A DNA stretch of 64,000 bases from Chrysomallon squamiferum (lineage: Eukaryota > Animalia > Mollusca): assembly GCA_012295275.1 (NCBI GenBank), contig CM022674.1, positions 8,122,001 to 8,186,000 on the forward strand, in the 5' to 3' direction. Shown here one piece after another: positions 1 to 40,712 of the stretch. A model generated the notes under the pieces. The model ran no database searches. It saw nothing but the letters and a program-made list of their open reading frames with translations, and was not told the origin of the DNA. A program made the position numbers and the translations under genes. Each line of letters opens with the position of its first letter. Positions within the stretch are counted from its first letter, which is position 1.

Positions 1-1048
1 TTTACTTTTTTTATGTATTTTAGATTTATCAAGTATAATTGCACACGATTTCAGGTGCATCAAAATTAACTTGACAGAAGACAAACATAAGGCTCCATTT
101 AATAAAAATAACTTGCATTTGAGTGCATATTTTAAAAAAGCAGAAATACAAATAACAATACTGAAAATGATTTCAAAAAGGAACATTTATATATTCATTT
201 TTTATAATAGTAATCCAGTTTTGCTTTTACCCAGACAGTATAATTCAGTATAATATAAAAGCTATTCTAATTTGATGTTTTTCACTTTCAGATTATTGGA
301 AGCATTAAAAAACTATTCATAAGATAATTATTAATTTCTTCATTAAAAAAAAAAAAGAGTAATAAAAAATAAATATTAAAAAAAAAAGGTAACTTTCTCA
401 GTTCTTATAAATAACCCAATTATGAGGTCCAACATATGATAATTTCTTTATAGAAAAATTGACAATAACATCATGAAAACTGTATTTAGCAGTTCTCTAG
501 TTTATAATTAAACCATAAATATTAAACAAGAGTTGCTTCCCTTTGATCACTACACTTCATCAGTAAATGTACACTACAAAACAATAAACTAAGTAAGACA
601 AGTAGTTGCACTGAAATGTAATATTCACACAAACTGTGAATATCTTCTCTAATTAAAGTTTGTTCACTGACCAGAACCATTAATAATTTCTACAAATTCC
701 TCACCAAACCAAAACCAAGCAGAGGTCCATTTAAAAAATAACATTTTAATTCTCACACATTGTGTTTCTAGCACCTGTTAAATAAAATTAATAATATTGC
801 CATGTTTTACTGGTTTATTTTAGACTTGTCTATACATATATTAATAAAGAAAGTAAAATATTTGTCATTTATACATCATACACAACAGGTTCAGTACCAC
901 ACTGTGTTTTTGTTTCTCTGTAAAAAACTGTGACACAAAGCTTCAAGCAGGTTAATATTTACTTCCAATACAAAAATAACTGTTCTTTCTGAAACATGGC
1001 AAGTTGTCACTGGTTCCTATCACAATGTGTCAACATGACAATGCTGGA

Positions 1049-8076
<7,028 letters not shown>

Positions 8077-8099
8077 TGTGCTAAATCGATCTGTCTTTA

Positions 8100-8185
8100 T
8101 TTCGATGTGAACACTGACGACCTCAACCAGGAAGCGACTTTCTAATTACAAAATGGCGCCCGATTGACTGATACCAATAGTCTGT
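8100..8185. promoter_or_regulatory. TATA-less housekeeping-type promoter of CAPZB, possibly bidirectional
   Basis: Lies just upstream of the ATG. Contains an ETS-like CAGGAAGCG (~8128), a YY1-like AAAATGGCG (8150-8158) and CCAAT (8174), and is locally CpG-rich in an AT-rich background. Confidence 0.55.
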
Positions 8186-8296
8186 TAGAAAGCGTATCAT
8201 TTTAATTTAGGTCGGTATTTTTCTCAATCGGGTTTTTCCGTAAAAAACCGTTCGTTGACGAAAATAGAATCCACTAAGATGAAAATTAATTTATAA

Positions 8297-8341
<45 letters not shown>

Positions 8342-9872
8342 TAATAGTTTTTATTATTATTATTATTATTATTATTGTTGTTGTTGTTGTTGTTGTTGTT
8401 AATTTACTAAGAATAATGTTGTGGTGCGAAAGAATTCTTATTATTTTGAAAAGTTTAGCTTAAAAAACCACACAAAGAACGCGCGCCCCCCCCACACACG
8501 CACACACACACATACAAAAACAACTACAACACAACAAGAACAACAAAATAAATAACTAAAACAAAACAAAAAATAAAAATAAATAAATAAAAATAAACGA
8601 ATTTTGGTTTTTGATTACACAATAAGTCTGTGTCCATAATGGTACTGACAAGACAATACTTTATCCCTGACAAAGTAAGTTTTCTAATTAATGCCAGTTT
8701 AACCTTAAATATCTTCCACTCGATTATCATGGATTATCTCACTCATTAAATTTTTAGCCGCCAGTCAAACGGGGAACAGACGACAAAGAAAGAAAGCAGA
8801 CTCAGAGATACTCTGTCTGTATATTTGTGAAAGCAAGTTAAAGTTATAAGCCGCTATATAAATAGCAACACCAAAGCACACCCCCCAGACGAGAAAGCTC
8901 TATAACCCTTAAGATTTTGTTCTCGCCTATCGTTGATTATGCCACATATAATATATCAGATTTCAGTAACCAGATTTGACTCTTTTTTTTTAAGATATAC
9001 AAATACACACACAAAATACAGAAGCATAGAAACATGTACTCATAACAGATAGAAACTCATATATAATATAGACACTCATTTAAACCATTATTCATGAACA
9101 TCCAACACACACACTTGGAGAAAGAGAGAGACAGTTAGGTTCTTACGTTTATATACATATTATAAAGAAAGCACCACAGGTTGTTTACATGATAAGACTC
9201 GAATCATCAAACAACATTTCTGAAGTGATTTTTCACCTCTAGAGATCTGTCATGTCGTTAAACGGAGATTTAAAGACATAGTTGTATCAGCTTGAGGAAA
9301 TTGTATTAGCTAAACCAACAAGTGAGGATGGATCGCCGGCATCAGTCTGTCAGTTTTGTTTACTGCTTTTATCAACGGTTTCTCTTTGCAAGAACTGGTT
9401 TTCTACTGATAAAGAGGTCTTTGCAGAATTGTTGAATAATTGTTACACTTAATTATCAACGAAAACTGGCCACCGGGTCATAAAAAAATATGTATTTGGG
9501 TTATTTTATTAGAAGAAAACTTGTGATAATAAACAGCATGAGCCACGGAGAGATTCGTGGAGTCAACACTATATCAACAGTAATAATGCTGGGGTTCCAG
9601 ATTAGAGCTCTCTCTAACATTATTACTGAACGTTATTGATTAAATGTCACTGCTGTGACTGGCATTACAGGTTATCAATCGTAAATCGTCTAATTTTGAC
9701 TTGTTCTTCCAACTTTACTTTGTAATCATCTACCCACAAATTTCCTGTGTACGATGTTCACATCAGCTGGCCACTATTTGCGTTAGAGCACTTAAAAAAA
9801 AAAAAAAAAATTCATTTCCTTACGAAACGTGATGTAATTTCTTGTTCCAATTTTTTTTTTAAAAACTCTCTC

Positions 9873-11681
<1,809 letters not shown>

Positions 11682-13056
11682 AATGAGAAAGCGAGCATTA
11701 GGCCCAATAATACAATTTATTTTGGGCACTTTGATTCAAATGAAAACAAATATACGTTTTTATTTGATCACAACCCTTAGGGTTTAAAAAATTTAGTTTG
11801 TTTGGTTTTTTTGTTGTTGTTTGGAATAAAAAATAACAGCGATCTTAACTCTGTACAAATGAAATTAATAACAACAACAAGAAAAATCTGTAACCTTCAT
11901 AAACTAATTATTTATAATTGCACCTGCTCAGGGCAAAGAAACTCTAATTTGAATGCACCGCCAAGCTAATGGATACTAATAAGAAGCAAAAAACATCGTA
12001 AAAACCATCTCAAACACATTTGGCTGCTAAATGAAAATTGATTGACGATTCCGCCCTAAGCTGGCCAGGTTCCTGTCAGACTCTGAAGGTAATGGAAATA
12101 TAATAATCTCAAGAAAGCTGGAGACACCAGTGATACAAACCTTATCTGGTCTTGCTTCATAGTGTTGTGGCTTACAAACATTTCCCTTTAGTGCACTTTC
12201 AGACGTCAGGGTTATTACACTTCATCTGTGTTCATTGACAGTTATTAGCCTTTTCTGTTTTTCTCTGTTTGGAAAGAAGAAAGAAATACAGATTTTTATA
12301 CGTATACATATTCATAATAGTAGTTTTGCCCAAGTTTAAGGAAAATGGATAAACCTTACTGCCTTCGTTTCGTTTAAAAGCGAGGAATAAATTTCGATTT
12401 AATAAAAACGCACAGATACATAAAAAAAAAAACTTGGCTGATCTGACAAGACATGGTGGACTTGGGCATTATAAATGTAATTTATATATATATTATTTAT
12501 TTATTTCTTATTTTATTTATTTATTTCTAATTCTTTTAACATTTACGGCAGAGGAAATCTGATTATAGTGACTGATGTATGTTTGCAAGCAGTGAAAAAC
12601 TGTTGTCCGCAATAGTAGCATTAATTTAATTTAATTTTAATCCTTTTTTTTCTTTTACGATCGTTGATTTATTTTTTTAGTTTTTTGTACTGAATTCATC
12701 CTTGAGATGCAGCACTATTGTCGACGGAAAATACCGACCGCCATTCGCTGGGTATGAATTTGTTAAACAACTGAAAAGCCAAAGTAATTTTTAAAAATTT
12801 ATTTTAAAGAACTATATTATTTGCTGTTAAAATTTTATTCTGTTAAAGCTGTTTTCTTGGATATCCTGTCTGAACGGCAAATATTATCTATCAAATTTCG
12901 TTTTTATATTAAAAAATTTCTTAAAATTCACATACATTTTTATAATAATAGTCATAAATTATGCAAAAATATAAAATACTTATCATTTTGTTGATAGTAA
13001 TTAAAGTACAATAAATAAAAACTGGTGAGTCATTCTTTTTAAAATTGTTCATATTT

Positions 13057-13190
13057 CATGGCCGTAACTAGACTTTTTTTGAAATGAGGCAAAAACACTT
13101 ATTCGCGGAGAGGTGACGAAAAAGCTGCGCGATGGGTTTGAAATGTGCAAAATCCTCGATTCCAGCCGTTTCCTGTCATCTTTTCCTAGT
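13057..13190 (+). mobile_element. Possible degenerate MITE/DNA-transposon end
   Basis: CATGGCCGTAACTAG followed by GC-richer sequence resembles the GGCGTAACTAG-type termini of invertebrate non-autonomous DNA elements. No partner terminus was found. Confidence 0.25.
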
Positions 13191-14537
13191 ACAGTAATCA
13201 TAACCGTAGACATAAACCAATTCAGTTAGTGGATATCGTTTCTGTTGGAAAAAGAGGTTTATATTCTACATTTCAGTAGATTTATGAATTCCCTGATTGG
13301 AATAGATTATACTGAACATATTGAAATTTTCACGTAATCCCTGTTTCATAGATTTATACTAACACATAATATGTAGACACGTGTTCGTTGTACAATGATC
13401 AAGAGTTACTAAAAAAAAAAATATTAACAAATAAATAAATAAATAAATATAATAAATAAATAAATCATTTCGATTTCTTGAAAACGAAACAAATTAAAAG
13501 AACCCTATTATATCGTTTTTTTTAAAGAATTGTTACTTTTTTCCATCTACTAATCATACAGACACTGTTACAGTTTAATATTTTAGTGGACGGTAATATA
13601 TAACACGTGTGTCAGTAATTCGTGGTACTGAATTCAGATGAATGTATTCTATATCTGTTATTAAAACATCTGTGAGTTTTTATTATCGCTCTTCATCATT
13701 TTGCAGCTGTAGTGTCTCGCTGTTGGACGAAAGCGTCAGAATGTGCTTTCCACATCTCCTTGATCTTATTTCTTTCTTTGTCATTGGTCATAAAAAAATA
13801 ATAATTTACATTAATAAAAGAGAAAATAATTGATTCTACTGATTCTTGTTTTTATTTTTTTGTATCTTTTAAAAAAAAAATGTCAGTTATAATTATTAAT
13901 ACCAGTAATTTTGAAGCATTAATTTTTGGTTGGATGAAACATTTTTTTCTTCTTAGCCTGCGCGTTTAGCGGTTATATTGTTGTTGATGATGATGATAAA
14001 CGCATGCTTGATAATTAATAATTACCTTAATATTAAAACGAACTGTAGTGTTACTGAGCATTTATTATTAATTCCTTTTCGGTTTATTTCAAAACTTGTT
14101 AATTTTGGAGATTACTATTATTATTATTATTATTATTATTATTATGTGCTATTTTTATGGTAATTGTTGGATGCATAAAGTACAGAGTATTAAAACACGT
14201 AATAAAAATAGTTCATTAGAGTGGTCTCCCTTATTTAACTAAATTACAAATGATATTAGAGGTCTACTTTTCGCGATATTTGGGCAATTTCAACTCAAAT
14301 ACGTAAACTAATTAGTACTACATTTGTTGCCATTGGATTCTGTTGTGGATGATTTGTATGCTACATAACGGAGTAGTGCGATATCTAATAATTTAATGAA
14401 GCTGGACAGATCGTACAGTTAGTTATCTCTGTAAATAGCATTAATTTTATTTCTTCTCGAGTCATTAACGTGAAGCTTTCGATACAAACTGTAATGTACT
14501 GTCCTAATGGTGTTTGTTTAATTTATTGCTGTTTTGT

Positions 14538-14654
<117 letters not shown>

Positions 14655-15485
14655 AATGTTCCGAATTAGATGAGATATTTATATACTTTAATTTTTTTTA
14701 CGGTAATGCTTGATAATAACAACTATTGTGATATTTCATCTAACAATAAAACAGATTTTATATTTTTGAAAGTAAAACGACTTATTAATATTATGTTTGG
14801 TTCACTAACTATCCAGTTAGTATTTGTTTTTGAAAATAAAAAAATCAAAGTATAATTATATATAATTGTTTTCTGTTCTTGTTTTTCTTTTTATTATTGT
14901 TATTGTTGTTGTTGTCGTTGTTGTTATTATTATTTTTTTTATTTTCTCTCTTTTTTTTTTTCCAAGTTAACGATTGAAAATAGGATAATAATCGTATTTT
15001 TCTTATTTCAGTAAAATTTATAATTACACCCAAAACACCATTTCATATTAATTCGGTGACCGAAAGTGGAACTTACATCTTCATACGTACCTTTCTACAT
15101 CACACCTACACAAAGCGACCAACAGACAAATGTAAAGACTGAGAAATAAATACATACAAGTTTATTATTTGAAGATAAAGAAAAGAAAGAAACAAATAAA
15201 TAAAAGAAATTTAACATCCTCTTGATTTTAGAACAATAAGTATTAATAAGTAATGCAATAAATTGAAAAAAAGAATTTATTATTCGTTCTTCAAATATTT
15301 CTCAAGCTTATTTTAATTATTTTTCACACTAAATGGAAGTACACCTAACTGAAGGATATATTTACTGCTGATATTTGCAGTGCTCTATGAGGTAGTACGC
15401 AGGTGTCGATGTTGGAGCCTGCACAGGTACTTTTTACGTAGTATTCATTTGAACTGCAGAAAGCAGCTTTCTTGCAAAAATCAAA

Positions 15486-32780
<17,295 letters not shown>

Positions 32781-33317
32781 GACGAAAAGTCAATTTACTG
32801 CAGCATTTGGCCAGTGACAGAGAACTATACACTACAACTCGCTAACCACTCTTCAGTAATGTCAAACTTAATGCTTAACTGCACAAGCAATCTATTATAT
32901 ATTTCTTCTTAACAATTCTGTAAATGGCAAAAGGAATGTTTTTTTTTTTTAATTTTTTTTTTAAAACGTTTTTTCTGAAATTGTTCTGGTTTTTAATTTT
33001 ATAAGAACAAAACTTTTTTAATTAATACTTTTGTTGTATTTATAATTTTTGAAAGTAATATGTTATTGTATATACATACTATGTTGGTTCAAACAGACAC
33101 ACGGACAAACTGTCGTGCTCGTCTTATAAGAAGGGTAAAATAAAAATAAAAGTGTGTACAGTTTTACATTTGGGAATATAAATTGTATTTACTCTTATCT
33201 GTAATGTTAGTTATTTTTTCAAATATTTAAATGATCAAGAGTTTAATACCGCAGGGAAGAAAACTCATTACTTTGATGGATGGAATTTTCAAGATGAAAA
33301 CGTTAAAGAATTTAATT

Positions 33318-33320
<3 letters not shown>

Positions 33321-33397
<77 letters not shown>
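33321..33397. repeat. (GA)n microsatellite
   Basis: Read directly. Confidence 0.93.
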
Positions 33398-33399
<2 letters not shown>

Positions 33400-35406
33400 G
33401 TATTAAAACAGAGGAAGTCGCGACTCACTAGTTCTGTCTTGTACTCGCGGATGAATACATTCCACTTAAATGACGTTATTTTTGCACGAGCAATAAAAAA
33501 TAATGTATCCGTCACTCACTCAATAACTGCCCTGCTAGTAACGATAATGTTGTTGATTATTTTAGTTATAATGCAGATGACGAAACCAGCAATACTAATA
33601 ATGATAATGTTGATAATAATGATGACGATGACGGTGAAATCAACAACAACAATGACAACACCAGCTGCAACAACAACAGCAACAATAATAATAATGATAA
33701 TAATAATAATAATAATGATAATAATAATAACAATAATAATAATTATAATAAAATAATAATAATAGTCAGTAATGGTGTTGCTCTGACCATAATATTATTA
33801 GTTGCGAACAGAGGTTTGTCAATAGTTCTAAGTATAAAACTATAACGTTTAAGGTGTATTGTTCCAAATATTAAAAAAAAAAAAACCAGCTAACGTTTAT
33901 TCGTATACACAAAGTGTATTATTCTAATACAGAAACAGATCAAAATGTATTGTGAAAACTCACGTACAAAACTAACGTGCATCAATAACACGACCTTCGT
34001 TTGATTATTTTTCGTTCACGCGAATAGCGATTACTGGATAAATATCTAACATCAGCTTTTTTTCGTCAAACTCCCGAGAGCGTTGAAAGATAAGAAAGTC
34101 TATAAAAATTTGAAGCACAGTTATGGGCCACCAACGACGGAACTGAATTGTGATTAAATTAGTAGATATATATACTGTGTGTGACAGAAGCATTCTCATT
34201 ACGTCAGCTGATACACAAAACAGACGATTCTTAAACAATTTCTTTTTGAAATTATATCGACAGTGTGAGCTGTTCTTATCGGCAAGAGCAAAGTACATTT
34301 ATACGCACTGTTCTACACTGCAAAACACACTGCCCTGGACTCTGCACGTCGAGGATCAGTGACTGGAATAGAAGAAGACCATTATCCTTCTCTAGAGAAT
34401 TGATCCAGAATGTGGTCTTCATTTTCATCTAGTAATACCATATAATAATAATCACACACACACACACACACACACACAACAAACACACACTCGCACACAC
34501 AAATAAATAAATAAAGAGAGAGATAAATTGATAGACATAGCTAGAGAGATAGATAAAAAGATGGATAAACAGACTGATATATATATATAGAGAGATAGAT
34601 AGATAAACAAATAGAGAAACATATAGAAGATAAATACAAAAATAAAGAATAATAAAAATAAAATCTTCATTAATGCTTTAATAATCAAAGGTGACAAGTC
34701 ATACAGAGCAACCAGTGTGTTACTTGGCGACCTACGTACTCGCTCTGTTTAATTACAAACACTTTTCTTTCTTTTCACAAACACGTATTACACGACTCCA
34801 TTAATATAAATATTACACATGCAAGTGAAGTCGTATAGATCATGTCCAGCCAGTAGAAACACCTGTCACAAGTATCAACACTTAGCTGTTTTACATTTAA
34901 CTCGGGGGTTTCATACACGAGGTAACACATCAGAATGCTGTTGTAGCTAAACTTGTCAGTGAAATATTGATTATAATTGTTGAATAACAAATAGTCATAT
35001 TTTATTTACACTGTTTACACTACAGCTGTTTCACCTGCTGATGAAACGTTACAAATGTTTCTGTCTGTTCATGTTTATATACAGATATTATATATATAGC
35101 ATACTTATCTGTGTGACTGTGTACGCGCGTGTGTGTGTGTGTACGTGTGTGTGTGTATTTATCTGTGTGTCTGTGTACGTGTGTGTGTATATGTACGTGT
35201 GTGTTGTGTATACGAATGTGTGTGCCTAGATGTGGTATATATGTGTGAATGAACATGCATGTGTAATGCATTATGCATATACGTATATATGTTTGTCTGT
35301 ATGTACATGTACGTGTGTACGTGTATGTGTATTATGAATTTAACTTTGAACACAGTTTTTGCTGTTTTGTTTTATTGTTTTGCCAAGGAGATTATTTTCC
35401 AGCTGT

Positions 35407-36528
35407 TCAGTAATTGTAATTTAGTTTTCGGCATCGAAACACTGCTTCCAGCTCCTTCCTGAAAGCAGGATTCAAGAAAGCGTAAATGATTGGATTACAG
35501 ACATTGTACGCGAAGTACGTATAAAACACAAGAGGTACGAATTTTACAACCCTGTGAGCCATCAACCACGAAGGCAGGAAAGCAATGACAAACACAACTG
35601 TAACGACGAAAAGAATGAGAGCTGTTCGGATATTAGCTATCCACGACTTCTCTCGAATACAACAGTTTTTATCCGTCATCTGCTTCCTAGACTCGAGTGG
35701 TTCGCTTTGTTCTGGCGACATTCCATTGGTAGCTGGCATTTCAGTCAAAGACGTTTCGATACAGTGTAAGGATTTTTTGGTTTTACTTCTTTCTTTATCG
35801 CGTTTAGCTCTCCTCTCTAATACAGACTTGTAAATTAGAATGTAGAGAATAAACACAACAATGAAACACACTAGAAACATCCCAGCGTAAATATTTCGGT
35901 AAATATATCGAAACTGCTGCGTTAAGATGATTTCATTAGCCACGCAGACGCCAGTGTAGACGATGACGGTGCTGCAGTTTTCAGGTGCGTCCTCGTCACA
36001 GTTGGAACACTTCATTGGAGTATAAACCGCTGTGCTGTTCACTGGCGGTTTTTTCTGCCTGTAAGACTGGTACACGCCACCTGACAGAGCCGTGATGACG
36101 CCAAACACTGTGGCGAACAGCGCTAGACACAGGACAGTGATCTTGGCCCTGCGTGCGTCCAGCGAATGAGTGAGTGGACGACAGATGCACAAGAAACGAT
36201 CCACTGCTATCGCAGCCATTATGAACGCTGAGAAAGGCACGTTGCACGTTATCAAGAAAAAGTAAAGTTTGCAGAGAATGTCATTGTCAATCTGGTAGTT
36301 CAGTTTCTGGTAAACCATCGTGTAAGGCATAACGCAGATACATGTCCAGAAATCAGAGGCTGCCAGCGCGATGATGAAGACGGTAGATGCGAGTTTGTGA
36401 CGTTTTTTGAGGTAAACGTACAACACCAGAGTATTGCCTATAGTTCCTATGACACTGAAAAACGAAAGCATTCCGATTATTTCCTCCACTGGATTTTCCA
36501 CAAATGAGCTAGAATTGCACGAATCCAT
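35407..36528 (-). CDS. Rhodopsin-family (class A) GPCR, peptide-receptor-like orphan, intronless CDS, 373 aa
   Basis: Seven hydrophobic segments. Motifs: TM1 GTIGN, TM2 LAASD..MP, TM3 Cys (ILCK) and AIAVDRF, ECL2 Cys (TGVC), TM5 Y, TM6 FVIAFLP, TM7 NPIIY, helix 8 FRKEL and a C-terminal Cys. Confidence 0.95.
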   Translation of the reverse strand: MDSCNSSSFVENPVEEIIGMLSFFSVIGTIGNTLVLYVYLKKRHKLASTVFIIALAASDFWTCICVMPYTMVYQKLNYQIDNDILCKLYFFLITCNVPFSAFIMAAIAVDRFLCICRPLTHSLDARRAKITVLCLALFATVFGVITALSGGVYQSYRQKKPPVNSTAVYTPMKCSNCDEDAPENCSTVIVYTGVCVANEIILTQQFRYIYRNIYAGMFLVCFIVVFILYILIYKSVLERRAKRDKERSKTKKSLHCIETSLTEMPATNGMSPEQSEPLESRKQMTDKNCCIREKSWIANIRTALILFVVTVVFVIAFLPSWLMAHRVVKFVPLVFYTYFAYNVCNPIIYAFLNPAFRKELEAVFRCRKLNYNY

Positions 36529-36946
36529 TGTTACTGATGCTTATCGTTTCCTGAACTTGCAAATATTTATGTATCCTACATGCAGACTGAGAAATGTTTT
36601 CGTTTCCTTTATTTTCGAAATAATTACACTGTTCTGTGTTTGTCAAATATTTTCTATATCGTTTGTATTAGACGCTTACAGTTTCCCACATTTGCAAACT
36701 GTTTATGGAATCTAGAATTTTAAAATGTTCGCTCTGTCCAATATCTGTAAAATGTTAACCGTATTGTATATTTGCAAAACCTACATATTATTAGGTTTTT
36801 TTCGCTAAATTATACTGTGAAACCATTTTTCTTTTTTCATTCACAGGCAAACACACTGAACAGTACAAAGTAAATTCTTCAGTTTTTGGCAAACTCTGGA
36901 ATAATTCTGAAATGATGTTTCAGCAAACCTCATCGAAAGAAATCAT
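36529..36946 (-). other. Probable 5' UTR part of the GPCR coding exon
   Basis: A strong acceptor ttattttttcag| at 36947 implies upstream non-coding exon(s) further right in the window. Confidence 0.5.
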
Positions 36947-37973
36947 CTGAAAAAATAATAATAAAAATTATACATATTTTTAAATAATTCGTACATTAAT
37001 AAAACAATCTATTATATACGTGTGATGGTTTGAATAAACAGCTAAATAAATTGTGATAACTTTCAAACAATTCTATATTATCCATACATTGCTAATAATA
37101 AAAATGAGGGTTTTAGTTGTTTTGTTACCTTTCTTCGTGCTTTCATTCCTTCTTCCTCTCTCCTCTTTCTTTCTCTCTTTCTATTTTAAATACTGATTAC
37201 AGTTATTATCAGCGTATTTAATTACAAGCGAAGGTGGATTTCATGAACTCATGAATCAATCACTTCGAAGCAAAACTGGACATTAGTTTTTGCACCTTCA
37301 TAAATAGACTTTAAACTTAAAAATATTATTACTTTTAGTTAAACAGTGACTGTGTTGATTGACTGATTGATATGATTAATTAATTCACTGAGTGACTCAC
37401 CCACTCACTCATTCACTCACCCACTCACTCACTCACTCATTAATTTATCAGTCCATACATTCCTGTAGCCATCCATCGCATTAAATGAATCGGAGACTCG
37501 AAGTACTACAAGAGAAGCAGAGAAAAGTAACTGATTATAAGTAGTTATAAAAACGTTAGCAGGCAGCTTATTAAGGATGCAAACAAAACTATCAGCATGA
37601 CGACCACGTCTGAACAAAAAGGTTAAACAGTTCTTCATTTCCATTTTAGTATGCAGTGGATCCTGCTGGAGACGATGGACTGGTGTTTATCTGGTAATTA
37701 CGGTATCTACAGGAGAACATTACTATTCGAAACTCGTGTTTATTTAACCAATCCCCGATGAGTACTTTAATTGTCGTTTATAGCGAACCTGATAACTATA
37801 CACCGAACTTAAATGTTATCTTCAAACCAGCTGAAACAATTAGTGTCTTTGCTCATATCAGTTTTCTGTTGTTTGTCACTACTGGCGTTCGTTTGACGGC
37901 AAATGTGTGATTTTAGTCGAAATGGATCTTAGTACTATTTCATTGTAATCCTCATGGACAGTTTAACTAGGTC

Positions 37974-38008
<35 letters not shown>

Positions 38009-39651
38009 TAAATATAAGGAAACTCATTACACCATAGGCTGGCAATTCGTGTGGATTAGAAGTGAGAAACATCATCTGCACTTTTCAAAAAATTAAAATC
38101 AAAATTTGTCATGGGGAAACAATAAATATTATTAACATGTAACAAAATTAGAATGTGTTTCCTTAACGACCCAGCCAATGGAGTTTGGTAAACGTGTTTA
38201 TCATACATTGTGATAAACCCGACATAAATCTTCACTCTTCATTGGGGGCACTAAAACTGTCGACAGCAGCAATCAGCTGAACACATTAATATTATGTTCA
38301 TAAATGTCACATTCACGTAATGAGATTTCTTGTAGCAAACTATCGTTCAGAAAACAATAACCATAAATGTGTGTGTGTGTGTGTGTGTGTTTGTGTGTGT
38401 GATTATTATAGTATTATATATTCGATATATAAAATATAAAATTACTTTTTACATCAGCACAGTTTTAGTCTAATATGAGATGTATTTCATGTAGGGCAAA
38501 ACTCATATTAAGTCTGTTAAACGTTTCCGAGAAACGTTTCGTGTACTTTGTTTGAAAACGGTGTAAAAATCATCGTTTTATTTCAGGTCACATGAAGACA
38601 GTTTGTAGAATTCAAGGAATAACAGGAACTGCACTTTTATAACTCCTAATCATGAATCCTAGCTATATTGTTTAATGTAACTCTTTAAACAAAATTGTCA
38701 AATCGAATTATCATAACAAATCACTTTAACGAATGAATGAATGAATAAATAAATAAATAAATAAATAAATAAAGACAACAGAGAGATAAACATTCAGAAA
38801 AAAAAAAGTATTCTAAAAGGTGCGGTATATAAAAATAGGTTTAAACGGATTGAGAAAGCTAGTGGACATATCAGTGCGAAGCGATTTAGAAAGAAAAAAA
38901 AATGCAATCTCTTCAGAAAAACACAACACTAAATGATACTGGACAGATGAGCGAAATGATGACGCATCTTAGGCGACTATCAATCGATTCCGTTATAATA
39001 GCGCATTTAAATATTTAATTACTGCAATGCTTTTAAAAAAATGAAACATGTTTATTAACGGACGAACGCATTACTGATCGCAAAGGATTGATTGAAACCG
39101 TGTACGTCAGTCAGATGAATCGGTCATCCATCAAGGTATTTAGAAATGTCGCCATCCGCAAACACGCTATTTCCATAATAAAAATAAAGATCTTCTTGAA
39201 TCAATCGCCCATCAAAACACTTTAAAATATCGTCATTCACAGACGTACTTTTACCGCAAGACTTTTAAAACGAGTTTGTTCAAGAAATGATCTTATCTGT
39301 GCGAATGTAACAGACCAGAACAGACACGAAGCAAACAGTTGCGTACCAGTATCAGGTTTTCTCCTCTTTTTTCTTTTTTCATCAGACGTTTGCAGTTTTG
39401 AACTCTCTGTTAACTCTGATGTTATGGACAAGTGTCATTACCGTGGAGCTCACAAACGTAATCAGAAAAACAGGACGAATTTTCTATTTACGTAGTGATC
39501 TTGTAACTGATACAACAGGTGAATGTGATGAAACACTTGACTGTATCGTTAAAGGGTTTCTCAGAGTACTTATTTACTTTTAGAAGAAAAAAAACCGAAA
39601 AACTATTCTGTTAGGCTTTTATGAAGACATTTTTCATTCATATATACAATG

Positions 39652-39766
39652 ATACATACATACATACATACATACATACATACATACACATACATACATA
39701 CATACATACATACATACATACATACATACATACATACATACATACATACATACACATACATACATA
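39652..39766. repeat. (TACA)n microsatellite
   Basis: Read directly. Confidence 0.93.
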
Positions 39767-39874
39767 TTTAAATAAATATATCCAAAAAAATATTTACTAT
39801 ATAGAGTATTCTAAGAATTCTTCAAAGAAATATCGGTTAATATATTTTAGTTATGTAAATATGTTTTGTCTTGC

Positions 39875-40712
39875 TTCATGAAACAAATTTAAATTAATAC
39901 AGTGTAGTTATAACAAATATAGTTTTTTAATGCTTCTTCACACTAAATTAAATTAATATAAATTTACTGATGCAGATAAACTCTTACATATACTAACTCA
40001 TATAATAAATCCGTTTTCAACTCATCTGATTTTTTTTTCTATGATTTTTAAAAACAATTTTAAAATAAAACCTTTACGGTCAACATCTTTAACGAAAACT
40101 GCTTTACACAAATTTAAATTAATAAATCAGACCCTTTCCGTTAATTCTTAAAACAAATTCAAATTGATACGTCCGTAGATAAGCTTATTGTTGTATGTCT
40201 AATGTTGCTGCTAATTTTTATGAAATATTTCAATTAATGTATAATAGAGGGATCTATCGCTAAAACTATAGGGTTCTACCTGTACTGATATAACTAATGT
40301 ATTCTGTGAATTCTATAAAACAGTTTAATTTAATACATCAGTAGATAAATTTATCGATTACACTCACTCTGATATCATCTTCACACAAATTTAAATTAAT
40401 ATATATAAAAAGTTAAATTGCAAAAAACATACTGATACTTTACCGATACAACCAACATCTTTTGAGAAATCATTTCACACAAATTAAACTCAGTACATCC
40501 AGACAGGTGTTTATCCAAGTAGACAGAATCGTTTTTTGAGATATCTTCTTAACACAAATTTAAATTTCAAGACACATATAGATACCATTACCAATACAAC
40601 CAATATTTTTTGTAAAATGTTCTTCACACAAATTTAAATCAATACATCCATACAGATATTTACCAAAACAGACATAATCTTTTTTCCAGACATGTTCTTC
40701 ACACAAATTTAT
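39875..40712. repeat. Old degenerate tandem array, ~55-95-bp period, core CTTCACACAAATTTAAATTAAT
   Basis: The core recurs near 39881, 39936, 40101, 40150, 40378, 40472, 40546, 40621 and 40695. Confidence 0.7.

Noticed and set aside
35554-36715. Short ORFs overlapping the GPCR in other frames or on the other strand
   Set aside because: Shadow ORFs of a GC-richer coding sequence
38519-38539. Hairpin AAACGTTTC-cga-GAAACGTTT as a Helitron 3' end
   Set aside because: AT-rich stem and no CTRR terminus at the expected distance
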